This document shows positions 29,697 to 42,170 of a DNA stretch of 64,000 nt, one piece after another. Every line of letters begins with the position of its first letter. Positions within the stretch are counted from its first letter, which is position 1. Made by a program: the position numbers and the translations under genes. The stretch comes from Paraspadella gotoi (taxonomy: Eukaryota > Animalia > Chaetognatha). The stretch is taken from the NCBI GenBank assembly GCA_051294375.1, contig CM119265.1, positions 25,444,297-25,508,296 on the forward strand, given 5' to 3'. A model generated the notes under the pieces. It was not told the origin of the DNA and searched no databases. It saw only the letters and a list, made by a program, of their open reading frames with translations.

Positions 29697-30178
29697 GAGG
29701 GAGAGAGAGAGAGGAGAGAACAGCCAGGATAAAACCGCTCCCGGGAGACCTGTCCTCTCTTCCTAAAATTGACTCGAAAGAAAAGGAGAGAAAGTAAAGA
29801 AAGGAAAAAGGAAAGAAAGGAAAGAAAGATGAGGGTTGTTGACGTATGGAGTGAGAAATGAAATGGGTTTTCAACCGGCAATGAGGAAGAGGGAAGAAGG
29901 GGGGAAGAGGAGGAGGAGAGGAGATTNNNNNNNNNNNNNNNNNNNNNNNNNAAGATTAGAAGAAGGAAAGGAAAGGTAAGTGGGAAGAGGGTGAGTGAAG
30001 AAATGAAAATCTAAACCAGATGGCTGAGGAAAGTTTAAGAAAGAGCGAGAAGCCCCAATGTGATCATTGCTTCCGGCTGCTTAATTCACGGGACGAACTT
30101 TAAAGGATTCCATGCGTGAATACGTCTTCATTAGTCATAAGATCCGTCTGTCCGTCCTTTGGACTCTTTATTCGTTCA
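28465..30178 (+). repeat. ~1.8-kb direct duplication, copy 2
   Basis: Matches 16430-18219; its first part shows many dropped C bases. Confidence 0.92.
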
Positions 30179-31108
30179 CTCCTCAAAAAAAAAACTGTAT
30201 CAAAATAACGTTGTGTATTTTAATTTGTTATTGTTTAAATTCGGCAGTGTCTTTTATTAAGGTCTTGCTAAAATATTTATATCAAAGAGACGATGATGAC
30301 TACGATGATTTACCAAGGATAAAATGACCAAACGAGAAGAAGAGAAAAAGCGGCGAAGGGCAAAGATATCTAATCTATATTCAGCCGAAGATGAAGAGAA
30401 GAGAAAAAAAGGTGATTTTTGATGGGGATGTAGTTAATGATGGAGAACCGCGGTGGAAGTCAGGAGGAAAAAGAAAATTCGATGAGAAGAACCGGTCGAC
30501 CCTTTTAATCCAGCCTATTATCGACCTGGGTATTAAGGTGGTCTAACGAACCTAACGAAATCGACACTTTTCGTGTGTGTGTTTTCTTAAATGATTAGTA
30601 GGTCGTCTCAGAAGGAAATTAAATTTTAGCTATAAAAATTTTTTTACATAATTTTAAGTAAAAGATGCTTGCAGCTAATTTTGTGATCTAAAAAGATTCA
30701 TAAGATATGGTTTCATAATTAATAGGGCGTTTTTAAAATATTGAGACATAAATTGGAAAGTGACTTTGCTAATTCTTATTCTTATCTCGTGAGAGAAAAA
30801 AAAACTCCTAAAATCTTGTTTCCGCAGTGGATCGACTCACCGTCCGATTCCACAATGGCCTCTCGAATTCAGAGTCTGCTCCGCGAACCCCGAACAATGG
30901 AATGAGAATTCTATGGAGTCCAGATGTGGATGACGGTTACAGATGACGTCTCTACCCAGTAACAGATGTTGTCGAAAGATTCGGAGCATAAAGAAAAAAA
31001 CCCTTCGATGTTTCCCTTGTTTCTTTATTTCTTTGTTTCTCTCTCTCTCTCTCTATAGAGAGGAGATAAAGCACTTAAAAACGAAAAAAGACGAGAGAGA
31101 ACGAGAAG

Positions 31109-31147
<39 letters not shown>

Positions 31148-32101
31148 CAGAGAGAGAGAGAGAGGACAGGCGAGAGGAAGAGAGGAGAAATCGAGGTTTC
31201 TTTCCATTGAAGATCGACTCTCATGGTAGCTTNNNNNNNNNNNNNNNNNNNNNNNNNNNNNNNNNNNNNNNNNNNNNNNNNNNNNNNNNNNNNNNNNNNN
31301 NNNNNNNNNNNNNNNNNNNNNNNNNNNNNNNNNNNNNNNNNNNNNNNNNNNNNNNNNNNNNNNNNNNNNNNNNNNNNNNNNNNNNNNNNNNNNNNNNNNN
31401 NNNNNNNNNNNNNNNNNNNNNNNNNNNNNNNNNNNNNNNNNNNNNNNNNNNNNNNNNNNNNNNNNNNNNNNNNNNNNNNNNNNNNNNNNNNNNNNNNNNN
31501 NNNNNNNNNNNNNNNNNNNNNNNNNNNNNNNNNNNNNNNNNNNNNNNNNNNNNNNNNNNNNNNNNNNNNNNNNNNNNNNNNNNNNNNNNNNNNNNNNNNN
31601 NNNNNNNNNNNNNNNNNNNNNNNNNNNNNNNNNNNNNNNNNNNNNNNNNNNNNNNNNNNNNNNNNNNNNNNNNNNNNNNNNNNNNNNNNNNNNNNNCTGC
31701 GGCCTTGGCAATCTAGATGGCCTCGGGGGCATTGTATACGGCATCGTCGGCATTGAATACGGCATCGGCGGTATTAGGATCAAACCGTTGGGCCAACACC
31801 AATCAATACGAGAGACAATTGCGATTCTCTCTTCAGCTCGCCATGTCGCGGCAGAAGCCTATTTGCTCTGTGGCTCTTTGGGGTAAACATAAAAAAAGTC
31901 GCCTGTTCAATATGAAAGGCGATTGGTTGACAAATTATTGGTTGTTTACTCGAATTTACGCAGTCACGTGACCAACAATGAATAAACTACCAACAGAAAC
32001 CGTCTTTTGGAGTATCAACAATAATTATATTTTTATAAATTTTTTTTATATAAATTGTCAGCAGGAAATTTGTCTATTCTGCTAAATAATGTATAATGTA
32101 A

Positions 32102-32303
32102 TGGATAAGGCTGTAAGTGGGTTAAAGACGAGTTTCAGCAATTTCTTTATCCCCATCTAGCAGCCATAGATCAGGGTCCTGGCTAAGAATAGAACCCGGT
32201 ACCTAGTGGTCATGAGTTGATGACGGCTTCACTTAATGAGCCACCGAGTCACACCCGTGAGGTTCATATTTGTATGCGGGGCGAACCTGAGCAACGCCCG
32301 TAC
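32102..32303 (-). mobile_element. tRNA-like SINE, copy C (diverged, internal deletion)
   Basis: Shares TGGATAAGG, CTAGCAGCCAT, GAACCCGGTACCTAGTGGTCATGAG and AATGAGCCACCG with copy A. Lacks one hairpin arm and the adjacent sequence. Confidence 0.7.
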
Positions 32304-32796
32304 GAGTGAGGCTGACCGACCGACCGACATTCGGTTGAAAATAATTCATGATAATTTTTTTGCGATTCGAGTAAGTTCTTTTACAACGCCTGCTACCTTG
32401 TCTTCTAATTGCTTGGCTAAGATTACCAGCGAGAGCAGCGTTGTCATATTAAAAATGTTATTGTAATCGTTACGCCAACTGAAAAGTTTTAAATTGCATT
32501 GCATTGCATCGTTTGGTCAATAATTCGAACTCGACAAACCAAAAAAAAAAACAAATCAACAAAGACAAGTTTGACAGAAATTATTGCAAGGCGTCCAATA
32601 AAAACGTCCCACTGAATTGACCATTTTAGGAATAATAATAAAAACAGTCGACAGAAACAAAAGAGAAACAGAAAAGAAACAGAAAAGAAACAGAAAAGAA
32701 ACAGAAAAGGACGATGAAGCCGACGAAACCGACAAGAGAAACCGACATGAGATTGGATTCCGGGCGCCGGAAATTACGAAGTGAGTCACCCCGGTC

Positions 32797-32840
<44 letters not shown>

Positions 32841-33086
32841 TATTATTGGGGTCGTGATAGGGTCAGGCCCTGCAATTCTTAACCTCATTAATACAAGTCA
32901 TTCCGAATCGAGGGCCTTTTTTTTTCCTTCCAGCCCAACATTTTGACCCAATTTATTTATAGCAGGGAATAACGAAAAATCAAAGTTGGATTTTATAGGA
33001 ATAAATAGCATATAAAATGTTAATCGATGCAGACGGGTCTCGGAAGTTATTCCGATTAAATACTTGAGTTTATTTAAAGCGACGAC

Positions 33087-33214
33087 ACTTAGAATTCTTG
33101 CCTTTTAACTTAGACTTCTTGCCTTTTAACTTAGACTTCTTGCCTTTTAACTTAGACTTCTTGCCTTTTAACTTAGACTTCTTGCCTTTTTACTTAGACT
33201 TCTTGCCTTTTAAC
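33087..33214. repeat. 21-bp tandem repeat (TTAGACTTCTTGCCTTTTAAC) x6
   Basis: Direct tandem reading. Confidence 0.92.
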
Positions 33215-34979
33215 CAATTTTCTAAGAAGTTTCTACCCTAATCTCTATCCTAAAACCTTTTTGAGTCTTTACCAAGCTGCTACGAGTGCAAGTTGGATCC
33301 CTTACAAACCCTCGGCATTACCCTGTAAACCAGAGACCCTCGATTCTCAAAGCACGAACATTAATGGGTTCATTTCAAACCGGTTCATTGTATTGTTCTA
33401 TCTTTCCTAACTAAATTGACCATAATGAGTCTTCTTCTTGGCCCTACCTCCCTGCCGAACACTTACCCTCTGAATATTCCCCCCACCTTCAAATCCATCG
33501 ACCCAGATGAAAAAAAAATCCCTCCTTCGCCATTTTCTCCGCTTCTATTTATTCTATTTATTCTTTTTCTTTCCTCTCGATCTCGTAACCGAGAAAAAAA
33601 AACTGGCACTATATTCCGAAAGCGCGCTAATTCCGTTCCAAATTCTAAATAACTAACTCTAATCTATTTTACATTACTCAATCTCTAACCCTAACCCTAA
33701 TCCCTAAACCTAATGTAATCAGTAATTCGAAACCCCAACCCTAAACAGTAAACATTAATCCCTAATTATTAAATTAAACAAAAATCTCTAACAAAAATCC
33801 CTAACCTTAATCTATAACTTAATCCCCATCCATATTCATTAATTTATTCTTCAAAGCCAAAAAAAAAAACAATGTTAATTTTAAAAATTCTAAGAAATTT
33901 TAGAACAAGAAGGCCCTAAAGATATATCACGCTCCTCGGTACGGGAAATCTTACAATCTGAGCGAAAGAGGTAGGAAACTGAAGGTTGGGGGCGGGTGAG
34001 AAAATTCTGGGGCAAGAAGAGTGAACGGTAGAAAGGATAGGATGAAGGGGAGGGGGAGAAAGGGTCGGTTATAAAGGGTGACATGTAAAGGGGGGGGCGA
34101 AAGTTAGAGAAGGGTGACATGTAGAGGGAAGCCAAGAGTGGTTAGAAAGAAAGGCGAAGCAGAGGGAAAGGGGAAATGAGCATGGAAAGTGGAGGTGGTA
34201 GGGAGAGGGGTGGGAAAGGGTGAACATGGGAATGATGTGACATTGCAAAGGGGGAGTAAAAAGCGTGGGAACGGGTCTACTAAAGGCTGGACCAGGGGGG
34301 GGGGCGAGTCGCAAACACGTACGGAAACGCCGTGGGCGAGAAAAAGGGCGGAAGGTCCATCCGTAGCAGGAATTCGGTGATTCGGCTAGCGTAAAGAAGT
34401 AGTATCAACGATCCTGATTGGCTACCGAAAATAGTAACAACGATCCTGAAATAAATTCGCGGTTAGGTCAAGCTTTTTTNNNNNNNNNNNNNNNNNNNNN
34501 NNNNNNNNNNNNNNNNNNNNNNNNNNNNNNNNNNNNNNNNNNNNNNNNNNNNNNNNNNNNNNNNNNNNNNNNNNNNNNNNNNNNNNNNNNNNNNNNNNNN
34601 NNNNNNNNNNNNNNNNNNNNNNNNNNNNNNNNNNNNNNNNNNNNNNNNNNNNNNNNNNNNNNNNNNNNNNNNNNNNNNNNNNNNNNNNNNNNNNNNNNNN
34701 NNNNNNNNNNNNNNNNNNNNNNNNNNNNNNNNNNNNNNNNNNNNNNNNNNNNNNNNNNGGCTAAGAGCGTTGGGGGATGAAATTAAAGTTCATTAAAGGA
34801 TAAAGCGGCGTCATTATGCCAAGACAAGAGAAGGAAAATGGGTTTTGAAAAGCGACAAAAATTGAGGCGGAGAAAAAAAAATCGAAAAACCGAAAAAAAA
34901 AGAAAGAGCGAGAAAATGGGTCGGTTTAAGTCGCCGAAAAAAAAAGGAAAGTGCCCCGGGGGAAGATAAGACGACGCCG

Positions 34980-35330
34980 ATGGCAGCGGGCGATGGTATC
35001 AGTGATGGCACCGGAGATAGCATAAGAGATGGCACCGTCGATGTCATCGGCGATGGCGCCGGTTTTTTCACTGGAGATGATACCAGTGATGGCACAGCCG
35101 TTGAAAACGGCGATCGCACCGGAAATGGCATTCGCGATTGCACAGTCTATGCTAACGCTGATGGCACCGTAGATGCCATGGAAGATGGCACCCGCGGCGT
35201 CAAAGACGTGACGCCATTACGTCCTTGAAATGGAACCGTAAATTTCGTCGTTTGCAAAAACGGTCGCCCGGTTTGGAGACTCTGGGCGTGACCGGAAGAT
35301 GATGCCACGAGGTGGCGACTGGGGTCAAGG
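34980..35330 (+). CDS. Possible first coding exon of the TMEM268-like gene (error-containing)
   Basis: A GC-rich D/G-rich ORF continues past a TGA (35226-35228) into NGTVNFVVC, resembling the TMEM268 NGQVLTVL motif. It contains stops or indels and has no clean donor. Confidence 0.35.
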
Positions 35331-35778
35331 ATTGGGAACGAGTTTCGAATTATGGGTGAAGCCGAATTTAGATACGCCTCTACTGAAGCAAGAAAGAGAG
35401 AAAAACTAAAAAACCTTAAATTCTACTATTGCAACAAAGAAATAAAGGAATTATCAGTAAATGAGACAGGAAAATTGTCCAAACATTACTCTAAAAAGGG
35501 ATGCAGTTTACTGAGGAAGCAGTTCGAGTTAGCATTCTTTTACACAGTTAACGAATTCATCACATAAAATCTTTTGGGGTTTTACTACGTGAACTCGGGA
35601 TAGTTCATATTATTATTTAATATTTAATTAAATCAATAATTTATAGTTTCTTTTCAAAGATTTTGAATATAAATCTAATTTTGATAAGGTAAAACTTAAG
35701 CAAAGCTAGTTCTTCAAATGTAAATGACTTTAAAAAAACGTGATTCACGATTAAGGTAATTTAAAAAAATTATAGCTT

Positions 35779-35870
35779 GCCTTAAACCACCAGAGCATGT
35801 CCAAAGTTAGGGGCAGGATAGTTTAGTTATTTAATGAAAGGATAATTTTTATATTGGTTGTAACAATTTA
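35779..35870 (+). repeat. Short dispersed repeat (other copies ~4555-4620, 15680-15707, 50453-50490, 58105-58140 minus, 59670-59770, 63160-63260)
   Basis: Shared blocks GCCTTGAACCACC..TGTCCAAAGTCAGGGGCAAGATAGCTTA and TTTTATATTGGTTGTACCAATTTCAT. Confidence 0.65.
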
Positions 35871-36033
35871 TAAATAATATTAATGTCCATAAGACTTTGT
35901 AAAAAGTAAGCATTCCCTCGCGACGCCTTTGAAACAGAAATCCGCTTGAGGGAACGCGACATAAAAAGACGACCTTTGATTCGACCTCTTGCGATGGAAG
36001 GGAAGAGAGAGAGAGAGAGAGGAGAGAGAAGAG

Positions 36034-36068
<35 letters not shown>

Positions 36069-36236
36069 TGAAGAGATATGGAGAGACAAGAGGCGAGAGA
36101 TGATAGGGAAAAGAGAGAGGCAGTAGAAAAACTGTTAGCCAATCGGAGTTGACAATCCGTCTCGATGTTTTCCTCAAAGTCTCTTGACCCCTAAACAGTT
36201 GCTATGAGAGATGAAGAGAGAGAGAGAGAGAGACGA

Positions 36237-36277
<41 letters not shown>

Positions 36278-36463
36278 AGAGAGGCAAGTGGCCATTTCTT
36301 TGTCTCACTACATCCCATAGGCGACTCAGAGCGACCATGAGGCTTTTTCTTGAAATCGATCCAAAGAAAATCCTTTCGAGATTTGGATTTCAATCAAAAG
36401 CACTTAGCTCATTCTTGGCAACCGCTGTGTCCGCCTGGCTGGTTTCTCTCTTTTCTCTCTCTT

Positions 36464-36494
<31 letters not shown>

Positions 36495-36714
36495 CTTCTC
36501 TTCTCTTTTCTCTCTCTCTGAATGTCTTGTTTTCCCTTCTCACCTCCTATCTGAATTCTTTATTAACAAAAGACTCTGAAATTCTCTTTAGCTCCTATTC
36601 TGTTAGTTGCCAATATATAGGCCAATATTTTTTAATATTTCACATTACGTTGGTACTGTGACCTATATTTCATATTTAATCATTTTATTCCTTATCATTA
36701 CATTGATTCCCTAG

Positions 36715-39700
36715 GTTCCTCCGGAAATCTATCACCGAGTCGTGTGTCTTTTGTTAAAAGACCCAAAATTAACTTGTCACACTTGCTGTTACAACAAATG
36801 GATCGCGACCGCCATCTATAGGTGAATGGTAGAGATATATATTGATTGAAATGCGTTCTTGATTTAATGATTGATTCATTGACATATTAATTAAATGACT
36901 TTATGATTTATAGATTTTTAATTATTAAATGATAGATTAGCTGATAAATGGATTGATTAAATTTCTGATTAATTAAATGATTTATTATTTAATAAATTAA
37001 TTACTTGATTTTTAAAAAAATTATTTATTTATTTATTTCTTTATTTATTTATATATTTTTATTTATTTATTAAACCTTACAGCGTGGTATTCGTCTCCTC
37101 GTGGTCCGTGGGTTTCTTCACCTTCGAATCTCACCGGGTCCCCTTAAGCGTCGGCGGAGCGGGTCTCATCCTCGGTTGGCTCTTCATCTTCTTCGGCCTC
37201 TGCTTCAATCTCTGCATCAGGAGGCGGGTGAGTTAAGAGTAAGGTGATGGGGAATGGTAAGGTCGATTGGATGGCCTGTGAAGAAGGCGTCGAAATATTT
37301 AACAAAGGAAAATTATTAAAGGAAAATGACGGGTTAAAAAATACGTAATTATTAGTAAGCATGAGAACAAAGACGACGACCGAATTGACTGGCACGATAA
37401 CTGGAAGGAAGAGAACAAAGACGAGGTCGACGACAACGATGACAAAGACGACAACGATGACAAAGACGAAAAGATCGACAATGAAAATGAAAAAGAGAAC
37501 AACGATTACAATTAGGAAGACGTGGAGGACAAAGATGGCGACGACGACAACGACGACGAAAAAACGTCAACTCCCACCTTTCGCCAATTTCCGCCCCCCC
37601 CCCGACCCCCCCCTCCTTGTCAGATGGACCGGTTGACTGAGCGCACAGTCTCTCAAGCGAATCAAATCCTGATGGATCACGACGTCTTGGTGGGCGTGGA
37701 AGATGGCGCCATGAACGTCTGCAATCGACTCTACCTGCATTTCGTCTACTTTAAAAAGGAAAAGTGCTTGGTGAGTTGGGAAAGGGCGTTTTTGCTTGGT
37801 TGAAAGATTGTTCTTTTGTTGAATTTAAAACCTTGCCAAATAAAATGAGCGTTGGGGATTGGAAAGGGCGTTCAGAGGCGCAAATAAATATATCTTACTG
37901 AATAAAGAAAGAATTTGTAAACTAAACTAAGTTATATAAATTGAGAACTGTTTTCAAAGTGAATTGGGTTCAGAGTACTTCGGAGATATGTAAATAAATG
38001 TTAAAATATTACTTCCTGATACTTTTTTTGAATAATTAAAAATATTTATTTTCTGAAGATTGCTTATTTGTTTATATATATACTATATGTGGATAAGGCG
38101 CTACGTGGGCTGAAGATGACTGTCCGTAACTTCTATAACCCCCTCTAGCAGCCATGGAACGGGTCCGCTGAGGCTTGATAGCCATGCCCCAAGGCGGCTT
38201 AAGCCGTCCTCACGCTTCCCGCAGGGTAGGTACCGGGTTGGGATTGAACCCGGTACCTAGTGGTCATGAGCTGATGGCTTTACTCAATGAGCCACCGGGT
38301 CACAACTGAAAGTGTCATGATTCTAGGCGGGGTGAACCTAGGCAATGCCCACTACATATATTACATACATAGATGTTTAACAAGATGAGTATATGTAATT
38401 TTATTATTCGATTGTTAGTTTTGTTGAATATATTAATAATTATAAAATTGAAATGATAACAATTCTTTCCCTCGATATAACTTTTTTTTTCGCAGGGAAA
38501 TATCGAAGAGACGATTGCACGGACGACTGAGAGAAACCTGCGCTACTGTGATAAAGTGAGGGACAGGGATCATCGCAAATGCAGCGAAAATGCTGTAATA
38601 CTGTAGAAAAAAAATTCCTGCACTTTTGGGCTTTTGAAATAGGTGGTCTAATTCTACTAAAATTTTGGAAACTGGATCGTTTAATTTTTAAAAAAAATTA
38701 ACTATAATTATTGACAATTTTATAAATAAAAGATATTTTTAACATCAAATTAGAAAAGCAAATCACGGAAGGAACTGTAATAGTTTTTAAGTTAGTAAAC
38801 TAAGGGTAAATTTGTTATAATATCACGTAAAAATAATAACAATAATAACCCCCTTTTTCCCTCAGCAGCAAAAACGCTCGTCCGAAGTCGTCCTCCAACA
38901 ACCTTCGGATTTCAAGTCGCCCTCGACCCAAACCATCGCCACTTTATTGACGCCGATGTCGCCTTCAACGCCGTTCGACGACGCCGCTTCGCCGTATCCC
39001 GCTTCGCCCTTCGCCCTTAGTCCTTTCGCCCCTTCGCCTTTCCCCGCTTCGCCCTTCGCTTCCTCGCCAATGACGATCACGACCCCTTTGAGTCCCGCGT
39101 CCGTCGAGAGTCCGCTCGATCCGGCGTCGCCGCGGGAACTGCTGCAGCGGCAACAGCAGCAGCAGCATCGAAACATTCCGCAGCTTCAGCCGCGGCGCGA
39201 CCGCGATTCGCCTTTTTCCGAAGCGCCTTCCATCAAACTCTGCCGCGGCGAGGCGTCGTTGTCGCCGACGCCGCCGTCGTGGGCGTGTCACGGAAACGGA
39301 ACCGGCGCCGCGTTGGAAGGTTGTCGCGTGACCGGAAACGGTTGTCGCGCGACGACGGAATGTCGGAGAGGCTCGACGTCGGACGTCGAGGATCGATTCG
39401 GTTTCGAGGTCATCGAATTCGAGGACGAAGAAGACGTTTGGTGGGCGGAACAAGCGATGGGTTAGAGATGGAAGGGTTGAGATGGGATACAGATGGGAAG
39501 GGTTGAGATGGGTTAGAGATGGGACGGAAGGGTTGAGATGGGTTGGGTCGGGGGAGAGATAGAAAGGGGCAGGGACAGAAATGAAGAAATAATAAAAGAT
39601 GGGAGATGTGAGAAAATGATTTGAGTTGAAAATGAAAATGAGTTCAATTTATGATACGGATTCTTATAAACATATGCATTAACAGCTAACGACGGAAAAA

Positions 39701-40123
39701 TAATAAAAAATAATAAAAAAATCATCTCAGATAAAAACTAAAGTACAAAGCTTGCTTTAAAAATGAAAAAAATCAATTTCTCAGAAAAATCTGCGCCGAA
39801 TCATCGAAACATCGACGTGAAAAGCAAAATTAACGAATCGCGCGGAATCATTTCCTCGCTTCATTGCTCAAATTATCAAAGACAAGTGAGATAGTTCGTG
39901 AATTTGATCTTCACGTGAAGTTGTGAACGATTTAATCGCCCTCTCCCGCTTTTTTGGTTCACAGAACCTCGCTCAGCTCCTCTTCCTCAAATACAGCGGA
40001 CTCTACGTGAAAGCGTTGGTGAAAGGAAAATTGCCGGAAGTGAGTTGCGCCCGTCACGTGGACAAATTCCTTTGCGTCTGTCAATTCATCGAAGCCAAAA
40101 GATGGAACGTCACTCATCTGTGA
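36715..40123 (+). CDS. TMEM268: TMEM268 (DUF4481)-like transmembrane protein, 5' end incomplete
   Basis: Exons 36715-36821, 37083-37227, 37624-37770, 38496-38555, 38866-39435, 39965-40123 with consistent phases. Motifs VPPEIY..LLKDP, hydrophobic helices, ANQILMDHDVLVGVED..LYLHFVYFKKEKCL and LAQLLFLKYSGLYVKALVKGKLP..RH..CVCQFIE resemble TMEM268 as recalled. The 39435 donor (GTTTGG) is weak. Confidence 0.8.
38088..38356 (-). mobile_element. tRNA-like SINE, copy A (TMEM268 intron)
   Basis: On the minus strand: A-box-like TGGCTCATTGAG, B-box GGTTCAATCC, 3' end GCCTTATCCACA followed by TA repeats. Homologous to 56854-57135 and 32102-32303. Confidence 0.75.
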
Positions 40124-41199
40124 TTCTGAGGGGGGAGTGAAAGAAAAGCGTGAATCGTGAGGAGTCCTAAACCGTGAAGTTTTTGACGTACATTGGGAGA
40201 CAGAGAGCGAATGATCGAGATATCAATGGATCGACAAAAAGTTTTATTACGCAATTTAAGCCTCTTTGCCCAGGGAGAAAAAAATGGTGACATTTTCGCT
40301 CTAATAAAAAGAAAAATAAAAAAATAAAAAAATAGAGAAATAGAATAATAGAAAAATCACTCCCTTTTGTGATTCTAAAAATGGGAAAAAGAATGTTTAA
40401 AGAAAGGTAATCGCTCATACTTTTGTGAGCATATACTTTATCTGTTACGATAATTGTTCAAACAAGACAATTTGACAGTCGGCAGTTGATTGTTAACCCA
40501 ACTTTTCTGAACCATTTTACCGCTTTTATTTTATTGTTTAGCTTTCCATAGTTATTGCACCGTTATAGTTCAATGTTAGATCTAAAAATAAGATTTGTCT
40601 TTCACCAAAACCGCATTTTTTTCACTTTTTCTCCCTTCGATATTTTGAGAAGTTGAAATTGCATTGAGCGATGGTTTAAATTAGTAAGGAATTTAAGTGT
40701 TTACGTAACCGGTTAAGGCAGAACGATTAGTATTTTTTACATTCAAAATGTCTTTTTGTTCTATCTTATAATTCATAGTTCCAAATGAAGAAATATATAA
40801 CTATTTTGATAAACTAAGTGAAAACCGAAATCACAGCAATTTACACGCACGCGATACGATCTCCTTTGCTCAAAACTGCTTTTTATCTTCGTTACTTAAA
40901 AAAAAAGGGTTTGATTGTGTTCATAATGTTTTTACTAACGATTCATTAGTTCTAATCAAAAGCAACATAATCGATTTAGCTTGTCTAACCTATCAAACCA
41001 AAATTCATTAAGAGATCACTCCAAAACAATTATTTTTAGTAAAATAACTCATTTTAAGGCATGAAATTTGATTTTTTTTCTTTTGGCATGGAATCGCAAA
41101 AAAATCTAATCACCAATTCCGCGTCTAACGATTGTTATATTCCTGAATAAAATTGAGATTTTTTTTATCACAAAAATCTAGTGTCCATTCATTATTGAC

Positions 41200-41256
<57 letters not shown>

Positions 41257-41982
41257 TTTTTCTAATCAAGTTAACTAAATTAGAACGATGAACCCAAAAA
41301 ATGTTCTTCGAGGACAATTTTTTTTTCTCTTCGAAAAAATATAGTAAAACGAGATGAAAGACTAGAAATGAAATTAAAAAAAAGAATAAAGAATAAAGAA
41401 TAAAAAAATAAATAAAGAATAAAAAGCGAACTTTTGTCTCAATGACGCATGATCGACCTTTACTTTAGACCATTTTTGTATACTTTATGCGTCTCAATTT
41501 TATTTTCTATTATTTTTTTTTATTTCGATTCTATTCTATTCTATTCTATTAAAAAAAACCATATCTTTTAAATATATATATATTAATATATTAAGGGTTT
41601 TGAAATAATTATTTTAATTAGATATCGAAACTTCACTTTTAAATCATACCCAATACTCATATCAAATCTTTTTAAGATTATTAATTATTATTTATTAATT
41701 ATTAATTTGATGCTCATAACATAAATTAACTGAAAATTTAAATACATTAAATTTAAATACATTAAATTTTACCTTCGATGGCTCAACTAAAAAAATAGTT
41801 TAATAAATAAAAAAATATTAAATCTAATCTGAAACAAACTACGCTTCAGCTTTTCGGCATCCAGCGGGATCCACTTGCAACGACTTCTTTGATATATCGG
41901 TTTCAAAGTCAACTTCCCGCAGTCTATTTGACATTATTTATTCTAAAGTATGTGGACTAAAAATCCACCAACCGTTCATCAG

Positions 41983-42170
41983 CGGCCATTGGTGCCAGAG
42001 GCAAGTCATTAGCCTCTTAACCCAAAGGTCTGGTGTTCTAGCCCAGTGGTCGTCTGGCAGTAAACAGCGACGGACCGCTTAACCCCCGCTGTAACATAGT
42101 GTTACAGCCTGATCCGAAGCTCAGGGACTGCTTATATTGAACGGTTCTGTCACTAACACATAACAATAAT
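41983..42170 (+). mobile_element. Possible second tRNA-derived SINE
   Basis: GC-richer island in AT-rich DNA with A-box-like TGGTGCCAGAGG, B-box-like GTTCTAGCCC and an AAC/AAT-rich tail. Single copy in the window. Confidence 0.4.

Noticed and set aside
38230-38305. Functional tRNA-Met gene (CAT in the loop position)
   Set aside because: The cloverleaf is not convincingly formed and the segment lies within a diverged multi-copy repeat.
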